From Clostridia bacterium (GTDB taxonomy: Bacteria > Bacillota > Clostridia > Oscillospirales > CAG-272), in assembly GCA_017420755.1 (NCBI GenBank), contig JAFQOG010000050.1, positions 4,146-68,145 of the forward strand: 64,000 nucleotides of DNA. The letters run 5' to 3'. A program made the position numbers and the translations under genes. Under the pieces are notes generated by a model. The model saw only the letters and a list, made by a program, of their open reading frames with translations, was not told where the DNA came from and made no database searches. Positions 1 to 7,119 of this stretch are shown here, piece after piece; within the stretch, counting starts at the first letter, position 1; each line of letters begins with the position of its first letter.

Positions 1-89
1 TAGCCGCCAAAATATACGATAACTCCCATTATCGCAACTAAAAGCATAAGAACGATAAGAATTTTTACAATGGTTGAAATAACCTTCAT
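1..89 (-). CDS. 5' end of a gene for an N-terminally membrane-anchored protein (continues beyond left edge)
   Basis: ATG at 87-89 (rc) preceded by GGAGG (rc of ~97-101). Hand translation MKVISTIVKILIVLMLLVAIMGVIVYFGG forms one hydrophobic helix. Truncated by the window edge, so absent from the ORF track. Confidence 0.4.
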   Translation of the reverse strand, partial: MKVISTIVKILIVLMLLVAIMGVIVYFGG

Positions 90-101
90 TCTATCGCCTC
101 C

Positions 102-1046
102 TTACTGCTTAGCTACTGCTACCTTAAAGCTTGTAGAAAGTCCTGATGTCTTTTCCGTTACTGTAACTAAAACATAACAATCGCTTACATAAGAACGGAA
201 TTTGTCCTTATATGCTCTTGTTCTACCACCATCAATGATATTAAGGGTTTTGTAGTAGTCCTCAATAGGCTCGTGTGTTTCTACAACTATAGAATTTCCA
301 CTTTGAGTAATTGTGATAAAATCTGCCATTATATCGTTATATTCGTAAATCGTATCACTTGTATCATACCAATTTGAACCACCGCTTCTATATGTTTCAT
401 AATAACTATAAATTACTGAACCAACACCCTTTGTAGTGATTGAATAATTGTTGTAGCCACCGGCTTTTACATCACCTAAAATGCTTTCTTGTTCAATAAG
501 AAATGATGATTTTGAATTTGGTTGAATTTCATAGACGTTGTTCTCATTTTTAGCAAGTGTTGAGCTAACCTTAATGCTTGTTGGAACACCAATGTATGTT
601 GCTGTACACTTTGCCTTAAATCCGCCTGTTCTTGTTGTTACGGTGATTATAATTTCACCTGTGAATTGCTTATAGCAGTTGACATTAGCTACATTAGAGC
701 CATCACCTGTTGGTACAACCTTAATATAATCTTGTACATTTTCTGTTTTGGTTGTATCAGCCCATGCGACAGACCAATCTACTGTTTTATCCTCTGCTGT
801 TGCTGGAATAATAACTGCGGTAAGTGTTTTTGTTACACAATCTTCACTAACCGTCATTGGAGAGGCGAGCAATTCAATATTTTCGCTATTCTCCATTTTC
901 ATATCAAGCTGCTCTTCTAATGGTGTTGGCTCAACATCTCCCAAAATGGTGGGCTTGTCCTGTGTCGTTTTAACAATAATACCTATGCCTAAACCAACTA
1001 CCATAAGAAGCAAAATCGCTATGATAATAGCTGTTACCTTATTCAT
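102..1046 (-). CDS. membrane-anchored protein with Ig-like (BIG2-type) motif, function unknown
   Basis: 314-aa ORF with an ATG start and strong GGAGGAGG RBS. It has an N-terminal TM helix (AIIIAILLLMVVGLGIGIIV). The motif TLTAVIIPATAEDKTVDWSVAWAD resembles bacterial Ig-like group 2 domains. It overlaps the upstream ORF by 8 nt. Confidence 0.6.
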   Translation of the reverse strand: MNKVTAIIIAILLLMVVGLGIGIIVKTTQDKPTILGDVEPTPLEEQLDMKMENSENIELLASPMTVSEDCVTKTLTAVIIPATAEDKTVDWSVAWADTTKTENVQDYIKVVPTGDGSNVANVNCYKQFTGEIIITVTTRTGGFKAKCTATYIGVPTSIKVSSTLAKNENNVYEIQPNSKSSFLIEQESILGDVKAGGYNNYSITTKGVGSVIYSYYETYRSGGSNWYDTSDTIYEYNDIMADFITITQSGNSIVVETHEPIEDYYKTLNIIDGGRTRAYKDKFRSYVSDCYVLVTVTEKTSGLSTSFKVAVAKQ

Positions 1047-1650
1047 TACTAAATCCTCCTCCGAAATAGTCTGGTACTGTGTTTTCGTTAATGTTTATGC
1101 CCTCAGCCTCGTACTCACATCTAAATGGCAAACTGTAAACTGTTGTGCCATCCTTTAAGTGAACAACGATTTTGAAGAATGATTTTGAGCAGTCAACTTC
1201 CTCTGGGAAGTAAACTCTCTTGTCTGAATAAACCCATTCAATAACATCTGTAGCTTTGAATTTTTCATCAAGTGTAATAGTGAAATATTCCTCTTGTGTA
1301 TCAATTTCAAAGAACTCTGTTACATCTGAACGTGTTGCATAAAATGAAGAGTCTTGACCTTGAATTTTGAAATAAAAATTATTTCCGTCAGGAATACATT
1401 CCACAGTTACGTAATAATTCTGTTTTTCTTCTTCCATACCCTCAAAATATGCTATTTCAAAGCGTTCTTCAACGCCTTTATCAAGTAAAATACTGTCTAT
1501 GTTTTCTGTGATTTGAGTGCCTTCGTGTACTAAATAGAAATTAGCTTTCTTAGACTCTCTTACTACATTGATACTAATGAAGGCAATCACCGCTACTGCA
1601 ATAAGCACAACAACCACTATTGCACAAATTCTTAGTACCTTATTAGCCAT
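1039..1650 (-). CDS. membrane-anchored hypothetical protein
   Basis: 203-aa ORF with an N-terminal TM helix (ICAIVVVVLIAVAVIAFISI). It is tightly packed between the flanking ORFs (4-nt gap upstream, 8-nt overlap downstream). Confidence 0.55.
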   Translation of the reverse strand: MANKVLRICAIVVVVLIAVAVIAFISINVVRESKKANFYLVHEGTQITENIDSILLDKGVEERFEIAYFEGMEEEKQNYYVTVECIPDGNNFYFKIQGQDSSFYATRSDVTEFFEIDTQEEYFTITLDEKFKATDVIEWVYSDKRVYFPEEVDCSKSFFKIVVHLKDGTTVYSLPFRCEYEAEGININENTVPDYFGGGFSNE

Positions 1651-1654
1651 TTAA

Positions 1655-2833
1655 TCACTCTCCAAACTTCATATAGTCAAGCTCTGTTGCGTTGAAATTA
1701 TAGGTTGTTTGGTTAAGTGTAAGTGTTTTAGGTGCAACACCGCTATTCACAATATCACCAATCTTGATTTCAAAATTGATTCTATGATTTGATGGATGAA
1801 TTACTTCAATCCAGAATAATGTATCTGTACCTTTTGCCTTTGCATCTGTTAAAACTTCAGTGAGAAACGCAGGATCGTATTTATATAGGTTGTTTGTTGC
1901 TCCGCTTGAGTCCTTCATTAAATATGCTCCAAGCTCAGAAAGACTATCTACGTCAAAATATACTGTTTTTGTTGTAGAAAACTCGCTATAACAGAAATTA
2001 GGCACACCTGTATATTTCTTGCCATCGGATGCCATACCTTCAAATGAAGCCATAGAAGCGTCTGTTCCAAGATTTGAGTTACCACCAATTACACCCCATT
2101 GTGAAAGGTCGGTTACATCATAATGGTCGGTATCCCAATATTCAATGGTATAAGTGTCGGTAAAATCGACATCAAGTGTTACTAAACCACCTTTGCCCTT
2201 ATTACCTGTAGCTACCTCAAAATCTACATAGTTTACGCCCGGTGTAAGAACGTAATCATTGCCTACACGAAGGCTGACGCTTTCAACTCTACGCATATAT
2301 TCAAGCGGACACGTGTCTGAAATTTCAGCATTTTCTCTTGAAACAACCTTAACGATAATTTGTTCGCCAAAAGGTGCAATGCATTCAAGAGTTGCAGTTA
2401 AACTTCCCTCTTCGGTTGGTGTGATTGTTACATAGTCTGTTGCAGTTTTACCTGTAGCCCATTCGCTATCTGGATTAGCAAAATATACAGACCAATCTAC
2501 TGCTGTTTTTGTGGCAAATGATGGCTCTACAGTTGCAACAAGAGTAATACCCTCGCTCGCTGTTTCTGAAAGAGCTGTTGGTGTTGCAAAAACCATTCCT
2601 GAACGTGCCATTTTATACGCAACATTTGATACCATAGGTGTACCGTCAAGTATTGCTACATCTGGTACATTATCTAACGGAACGGGAGTTGCATTATCGC
2701 CGTCATCGTTAATATTTACCTTGTTGTCTGTGATTGAATCAATCTTATCGTCCTCTGGTGTGCAGCTTGTAACAAAGACACAAGTGAATACCATAAGAAC
2801 GCATAAAACGAGTGCAAAAATTCTCTTTTTCAT
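1655..2833 (-). CDS. lipoprotein with Ig-like (BIG2-type) motif, function unknown
   Basis: 392-aa ORF with a signal peptide and lipobox (VFVTS-C). The motif ITLVATVEPSFATKTAVDWSVYFAN parallels the one in the 314-aa ORF. A GGAGG RBS is present. Confidence 0.6.
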   Translation of the reverse strand: MKKRIFALVLCVLMVFTCVFVTSCTPEDDKIDSITDNKVNINDDGDNATPVPLDNVPDVAILDGTPMVSNVAYKMARSGMVFATPTALSETASEGITLVATVEPSFATKTAVDWSVYFANPDSEWATGKTATDYVTITPTEEGSLTATLECIAPFGEQIIVKVVSRENAEISDTCPLEYMRRVESVSLRVGNDYVLTPGVNYVDFEVATGNKGKGGLVTLDVDFTDTYTIEYWDTDHYDVTDLSQWGVIGGNSNLGTDASMASFEGMASDGKKYTGVPNFCYSEFSTTKTVYFDVDSLSELGAYLMKDSSGATNNLYKYDPAFLTEVLTDAKAKGTDTLFWIEVIHPSNHRINFEIKIGDIVNSGVAPKTLTLNQTTYNFNATELDYMKFGE

Positions 2834-2865
2834 TAAAAAATCCTCCTAAAAATTGATTTTAAAGT

Positions 2866-2902
2866 TAAAAATAGGCTTGTGCTCGTATTTGAACACAAGC
2901 CC
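2866..2902 (-). terminator. Rho-independent terminator downstream of the 113-aa ORF
   Basis: GGCTTGTG (2874-2881) pairs with CACAAGCC (2894-2901). On the minus strand the stem is followed by TATTTTTAAC. Confidence 0.5.
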
Positions 2903-2933
2903 ATTTCGTTAGTTATTTAGTCCTCGCTATACC

Positions 2934-3275
2934 TTATCTAATAAGCATATTGAGAAGAGCCTTGTCGGATGACTTTGCAGGCTTAACAGGACACTCATAT
3001 ACAAGACCGTTTTCATCAACTGAAATTACGGAATATGTATTACCTGCTGCTGTTACGTTGCCCTTGTCGTCCTTCATTTCGTAAGGCTTGAGTGCGAGTT
3101 CGCACGCCATCTCGTTATCAAAAACGATATCAAGAACTACATATCCACCCTTGTCCGGTGGAATTACCGCAAGTTTAACATCCTTACCTCTGATTGTTCC
3201 TTTGATAAAGTAAGAGAAATATGTATTTCCCTTGTACTCAAAGGTTTCTCTTTCAACAAAAATCTTCTTTTCCAT
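2934..3275 (-). CDS. hypothetical protein (113 aa)
   Basis: Clean ORF with an RBS (GGAGGTATTTAACTT-ATG). No motif recognised. Confidence 0.5.
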   Translation of the reverse strand: MEKKIFVERETFEYKGNTYFSYFIKGTIRGKDVKLAVIPPDKGGYVVLDIVFDNEMACELALKPYEMKDDKGNVTAAGNTYSVISVDENGLVYECPVKPAKSSDKALLNMLIR

Positions 3276-3303
3276 AAGTTAAATACCTCCAAAAATTATT
3301 AAA

Positions 3304-3603
3304 TTATTTCTTTTTCTGCACAGTCTGTGAAATGATTCGTGCCTCTTCCTTGCTCTTACCCTCGTTGATAGCCTTCTTATACTTATATAGGCCTGCGTGG
3401 TCGGTTTGACATTGGAGATAACCTGAACGGATACCTGCCTCGTAATCGGTGAGATCCTTGTCCTTCTTAGGACCGTGCTCGTGCTTCTTTGCCTTGCGCT
3501 CAGATGCGTAGGATGCTGCTCTGAGCTTTGGTTTTACCCATCTTCTTTGTGCGTACTTGTTTTCGCCTGACGCCTCAGGCTTCTTTTCGATAGCTTTCGC
3601 CAT
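3304..3603 (-). CDS. small highly basic hypothetical protein (99 aa)
   Basis: ORF with an AAAGGAGAAAAAATT-ATG RBS. The sequence is Lys/Arg-rich. No family recognised. Confidence 0.5.
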   Translation of the reverse strand: MAKAIEKKPEASGENKYAQRRWVKPKLRAASYASERKAKKHEHGPKKDKDLTDYEAGIRSGYLQCQTDHAGLYKYKKAINEGKSKEEARIISQTVQKKK

Positions 3604-3828
3604 AATTTTTTCTCCTTTGAAATAGTGTTATAATATAAAAGTAGTTAGGTTCGGCTCTTCGCCTATATTCAATTTTTAAAATGAACTATTTGAGTGGCTT
3701 TTTGACATTCTGTCTATGCGATAGTTGTTGGTAGGTGGCCACCTTTTAATATCCTCGAAAAACCGCAATCCCGAATCGTTTTCTCTAACTCAAATATTCA
3801 AGTATTAAAGGGATTTTTATTATCCCGT

Positions 3829-4098
3829 TTAATCTACATAAGTGCGAGTTGTCATTGTTGCCGGTACTCGCTTCGCATTAACAAGTGATGGTCTAATAGA
3901 CTTTAAAAATTCTAACTGGCTCATTCTTAAGCTTGTCTTTGCGTAAAATGTATCTCTGCTATATACAACAGTAATACCATTGATAATTTCTACTGAAACT
4001 TCCTGCCTAACTAAATAGGTTTTCGTTTCATAAATGTTATTCGCATTGTCAAGAAAATCTATTTCATCAAGTAAGATTTCCAATTCACATTTAGTCAT
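3829..4098 (-). CDS. hypothetical protein (89 aa)
   Basis: The ORF begins at the base adjoining the stop of the upstream ORF (4099), which suggests translational coupling. Confidence 0.45.
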   Translation of the reverse strand: MTKCELEILLDEIDFLDNANNIYETKTYLVRQEVSVEIINGITVVYSRDTFYAKTSLRMSQLEFLKSIRPSLVNAKRVPATMTTRTYVD

Positions 4099-4404
4099 TT
4101 ACTTTTCCTCCTTGTTCAAATATTCATATAAGAATTTAAAAAATTCTCTTTTCAATTTAGAAACATAACTAACGGACACCCCCCATTTTTCTGCCATTTG
4201 TGGTGCGTTAGATCCATTTTCATATCGTTCAATAAAATACCCTTTTATTTTTGTAGGAGCTTGCTTTATAACTTTCAGATATTTTTCTAGTAATTGAAAT
4301 GTTTCCTCAAAATCTCTAACTTTTTTATCGAATGTTTTTTTCATCAAATAATAGGTTTTTATTTCAGATAATTCTATTTTCATTTGCTCATAAGTTACTT
4401 TCAT
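4099..4404 (-). CDS. small sigma-70 region-4-like / phage-type HTH regulator (ArpU/RinA-like guess)
   Basis: The C-terminal segment NAPQMAEKWGVSVSYVSKLKREFFKF looks like a region-4 HTH. The start is trimmed to the internal ATG (MKVTYEQ) at 4404, which abuts the upstream stop at 4406. The ORF-track start at 4473 would overlap that gene by 68 nt. Confidence 0.45.
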   Translation of the reverse strand: MKVTYEQMKIELSEIKTYYLMKKTFDKKVRDFEETFQLLEKYLKVIKQAPTKIKGYFIERYENGSNAPQMAEKWGVSVSYVSKLKREFFKFLYEYLNKEEK

Positions 4405-4405
4405 A

Positions 4406-4732
4406 TTAGTAAGCTGATGGTCTTGCAAATTTTTTGAGAATTGATTCCAAAACGGCTTTTCTTTCCTCATCAACCTCTCCTAATAAAGACTCGATTGTTT
4501 CTTTTTGCTTAGAGTTTAAATAGTCTTTATCTCTGTAATAACCTTTCGCTATGTAAACTCCACCTCCTGTTCCTTTCTTTGTGAAAACAGGGTAAGATAG
4601 TGAAAGCTCTAAAATATCATTTTGAATCGTACTTCTTGCAACCCTAAATTCTGTTGTTAAAAAGCTCATGGTTAAAAATCTTTTTTCACACAAAAGTTCA
4701 ATTATTTTATCTCTTCGTTCAAGAGTGTTCAC
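4406..4732 (-). CDS. winged-HTH DNA-binding protein (DeoR/HTH_11-like N-terminus)
   Basis: RDKIIELLCEKRFLTMSFLTTEFRVARSTIQNDILEL is a typical HTH_11/DeoR-type N-terminal domain. The start is GTG, with a GGGGGTGAGG RBS. Confidence 0.55.
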   Translation of the reverse strand: MNTLERRDKIIELLCEKRFLTMSFLTTEFRVARSTIQNDILELSLSYPVFTKKGTGGGVYIAKGYYRDKDYLNSKQKETIESLLGEVDEERKAVLESILKKFARPSAY

Positions 4733-4766
4733 TACCTCACCCCCTTTCTGTAATCCAATTATCTCA

Positions 4767-4797
4767 TTCTAATGACCGGGTTCATCGGTCATTAGAA
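4767..4797. promoter_or_regulatory. 12-bp perfect inverted repeat, candidate operator overlapping a putative promoter of the HTH gene
   Basis: TTCTAATGACCG-N7-CGGTCATTAGAA. On the minus strand a TTGAAA-17-TCTAAT promoter candidate (4791-4819) has its -10 inside the right arm. Confidence 0.35.
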
Positions 4798-4829
4798 AAA
4801 GTTTTTTCAATTTTTTCAATTTTTTTGCA

Positions 4830-4891
4830 ACAAAAAAGCGAGCAGAAAAATCCTACAAAACCCATTATGGGCTTAGGAAATTTCTGCTCGC
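4830..4891 (-). terminator. long compound hairpin terminator ending the lexA / zinc-ribbon transcription unit
   Basis: GCGAGCAGAAA (4838-4848) pairs with TTTCTGCTCGC (4881-4891). Inner CCTA/TAGG and CCCA/TGGG pairs extend the stem. On the minus strand it is followed by TTTTTTG. Confidence 0.55.
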
Positions 4892-5028
4892 CAAGACGCA
4901 CATAGTTCTTGCTCTGACACCTTGAGGTGTTTTACGAACACTTATTTATATTGATAGGGAGCAAGGATTTACCTGAGCACTTATTTCAGCAGGACCTTAC
5001 TTTGTCATATAAACGTCAATATTCAATT

Positions 5029-5226
5029 TTAATAAGTTTCCGTTGTTACATACGGATTTGTAATTCTTATGTTAAACTCCTTAACATTCTTTCTTTTGCT
5101 AAATATTACGACCTTACATCTGTCGCACATTATTCTTAAAGCACCATCTTCGCTTTTATAACCTGTTATCTTATTTCCACAATTAGGACAATACATTTGA
5201 ACAGGCTCAAGATTTGAAAAATCCAC
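5029..5226 (-). CDS. small Cys4 zinc-ribbon protein (65 aa)
   Basis: CPNCG...N19...CDRC motif. The gene lies downstream of lexA on the same strand. Confidence 0.5.
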   Translation of the reverse strand: MDFSNLEPVQMYCPNCGNKITGYKSEDGALRIMCDRCKVVIFSKRKNVKEFNIRITNPYVTTETY

Positions 5227-5364
5227 TTATAAACCTCCACGTGCCACGAAAAACAAGACCCTGCTAAAATACTATTAATATGGTTGGCAGCCATTACAAC
5301 AATATATAGCCTTAAAACCTATAAATATAAACGGGAAGCTTACAACACTATTTTTCAAAGAATA

Positions 5365-5973
5365 TTACTCTACATCCTTTATGACTTTAACTACTATTCC
5401 TTGAATGTCAATAGTATCATAGTACATATCTTTCAAATTATCGTTTTCCGGATGCAATCTAACTTTTCTCTTCCTTTTATCTATATAGAACCTTTTTAGA
5501 GTTGCTTCTTCACCATCAATTAAGGCAACGACAATTTGACCTTCGTTTGCAGTGTTTTGTTTTCTTATCACAACATAGTCCCCGTCATCAATCCCGGCAT
5601 TTATCATACTATCTCCTTGGGCTACGAGAACAAAAAATTCTCCTGCTCCTAAAAAATTTCCCGATATTGACATATACGAGTCTATATTCTGCTCTGCTAA
5701 AATTGGAGTACCACAAGCTATTTTACCAACAACAGGGATTAAGTGGAAGTTACTCATTTGCTTTATCAATGGTGTGAGTAAACCCCTACGGTCAGCAGTT
5801 CTTTCAAGCATACCTTGATTTTCCATAGCACTAATGTACTTACTTGTTGTTCCTTTTGACAGCCCAATTCTGTCCGATATTTCTTGAACCGAAGGTACGA
5901 TATAACTATTCAAAAAACTATCGTTTATATAAGAAACAATCTCGTTCATTATTTCTTGGTTTTTGCTTCTCAT
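5365..5973 (-). CDS. lexA: LexA repressor (SOS regulator, S24 self-cleaving peptidase)
   Basis: 202 aa with an N-terminal winged HTH (VQEISDRIGLSKGTTSKYISAMENQGMLER). An A-G cleavage-type site (KIACGTP), a GDSM catalytic Ser motif and a downstream TLKRF Lys are present. Confidence 0.9.
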   Translation of the reverse strand: MRSKNQEIMNEIVSYINDSFLNSYIVPSVQEISDRIGLSKGTTSKYISAMENQGMLERTADRRGLLTPLIKQMSNFHLIPVVGKIACGTPILAEQNIDSYMSISGNFLGAGEFFVLVAQGDSMINAGIDDGDYVVIRKQNTANEGQIVVALIDGEEATLKRFYIDKRKRKVRLHPENDNLKDMYYDTIDIQGIVVKVIKDVE

Positions 5974-5994
5974 TTAGCAGCCCACCTTTCTATT

Positions 5995-6010
5995 TGAAAC
6001 ATTTGTTTCA
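5995..6010. promoter_or_regulatory. SOS (Cheo)-box-like operator upstream of lexA
   Basis: TGAAAC-ATTT-GTTTCA palindrome lying 22 nt upstream of the lexA ATG and 14 nt downstream of the -10. It resembles the Gram-positive GAAC-N4-GTTC box with an extra A/T in each arm. Confidence 0.65.
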
Positions 6011-6024
6011 TTTAGATTGATTAC

Positions 6025-6053
6025 ATTATACACTCTACTTGAGCCTTTGTCAA
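6025..6053 (-). promoter_or_regulatory. sigma-A promoter of lexA
   Basis: The minus strand reads TTGACA-17 nt-TATAAT, a perfect consensus for both hexamers and spacing. Confidence 0.7.
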
Positions 6054-6283
6054 TAGGATTTTTGAAGAAAATTCCCACCATTTTTATAATGTCGTGATTT
6101 TGGTACACACCTTTCTTTACTATGATTTTTTATTTCGCTTTTGTTGGTTTTTGCACAGTTATCGCAGATGTAAACAGGAGAAATTTCGGCTTAAAACCAT
6201 ATGGAGCAGAACTTTAACGCAGAAATTTCCTTTGGCTTAAAAATAAGGTTATAGACGCTGTTGACATCTGGTACAAAAAATAA

Positions 6284-6325
6284 GGTACAGTTATTCAAAA
6301 CGATTAACTGTGCCTTTTGGTTTTG
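6284..6325 (+). terminator. terminator/attenuator-like hairpin 40 nt upstream of the 95-aa ORF
   Basis: GGTACAGTTA pairs with TAACTGTGCC (10 bp, one G-U pair) across an 11-nt loop. It is followed by TTTTGGTTTTGGG. Confidence 0.4.
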
Positions 6326-6365
6326 GGCGAAATAAAAAAATTACAATAGAAAGGAAAAAATAAAG

Positions 6366-6653
6366 ATGATTAAAGTAGCTTACAGATTAACTAAAGTTAA
6401 TGATTTCAATTATGTAAAAAAAGGTATTGGATTTATATCTAACTCAAAAGAGGATTTGATACTCTATCCAAACACACAATTTGAAAAAGTAATTGAGGAC
6501 TGCATCAGATATTGTTACCCTATTCCATACCGTTCAGGTGAGTTTAAAGGTAGCTTTACACAATATGTTGACTGCGATTTTCAAGTAAAAGACAGCATCG
6601 AAACTAAAGAAATCGAAATCGAGTATAGACTTTGGTACAAAATCCTTGACTAA
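6366..6653 (+). CDS. hypothetical protein (95 aa)
   Basis: ORF with an AAAGGAAAAAA RBS region. It is divergent from lexA. No family recognised. Confidence 0.45.
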   Translation: MIKVAYRLTKVNDFNYVKKGIGFISNSKEDLILYPNTQFEKVIEDCIRYCYPIPYRSGEFKGSFTQYVDCDFQVKDSIETKEIEIEYRLWYKILD

Positions 6654-6758
6654 TATCAGCTTAATAGTAGAAAATCGGCTAAAGATATAAGAAGTTTTCA
6701 ACCACAACGGTGAGTTTTCTTAGATTTTTAGCCTTTTTTTATGTTCATCTACGAGCTA

Positions 6759-6804
6759 TACACCAAAATTTACACCAATTTACGCCAATTTTTACGCCAA
6801 AATC
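6759..6804 (+). repeat. four tandem 10-12 bp direct repeats TAC(A/G)CCAA(A/T)n
   Basis: TACACCAAAATT / TACACCAATT / TACGCCAATTTT / TACGCCAAAATC. A fifth copy, TACGCCAAAAAA, lies at 6936-6947. Confidence 0.7.
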
Positions 6805-6940
6805 AAAAAATTAGCCCTGCCGGAGTCAGATTTAACAGAGCTTTTTTGTATATAAATGAAGAAAAATCGCTTTATATTCAAGATAATTTGTAGCAACAAA
6901 TGAAAAAATATGCAGATTTTATTCACTATCACCCTTACGC

Positions 6941-6994
6941 CAAAAAATTAAAAACCACGAATTTTTGAGCTGAATTTTACTCAAATTTTCGTGG
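6941..6994 (-). terminator. probable lysS terminator
   Basis: 15-bp imperfect inverted repeat: CCACGAATTTTTGAG (6955-6969) and CTCAAATTTTCGTGG (6980-6994). On the minus strand it is followed by TTTTTAATTTTTTG. Confidence 0.5.
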
Positions 6995-7038
6995 CTTAGT
7001 ATTGCAGAAATATTGTTTTTTCCCCGTTTATGTTCAAT

Positions 7039-7094
7039 AATGCGTAAATAATGCGTAAATGCGTAAATTTTGCGCTATTGAAAATGCCGTAAAT
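7039..7094 (+). repeat. tandem (AAT)GCGTAAAT repeats, in inverted orientation relative to the 6759-6804 array
   Basis: AATGCGTAAAT x2, GCGTAAAT, and a degenerate GCCGTAAAT. The reverse complement ATTTACGC matches the core of the left array. Confidence 0.65.
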
Positions 7095-7119
7095 CCTTAT
7101 GCCATAAGGCTTTTTAGCT

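Noticed and set aside
3733-3744. 12-bp perfect palindrome AGGTGGCCACCT in the 3604-3828 intergenic region
   Set aside because: It is a single occurrence with no loop, so it is not an RNA hairpin. I can link it to no partner site or known operator. It may be a protein-binding or restriction-type site, but that is unsupported.
4830-4935. Possible plus-strand small RNA (long hairpin at 4838-4891 plus an ACACC/GGTGT hairpin with TTT at 4917-4933)
   Set aside because: - The long hairpin is better explained as the minus-strand terminator of the lexA / zinc-ribbon unit, since a T6 run follows it on that strand.
- The second hairpin has only a 5-bp stem.
- No plus-strand promoter was found.
1-6653. 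Calling the left 6.6 kb a prophage or ICE (mobile_element feature)
   Set aside because: - No integrase, recombinase, terminase, capsid, relaxase or conjugation gene is visible.
- No flanking direct repeats could be verified by eye.
- Only the small HTH/sigma-like genes and the repeat-rich boundary hint at it, so it is kept as a hypothesis in the findings rather than a feature.
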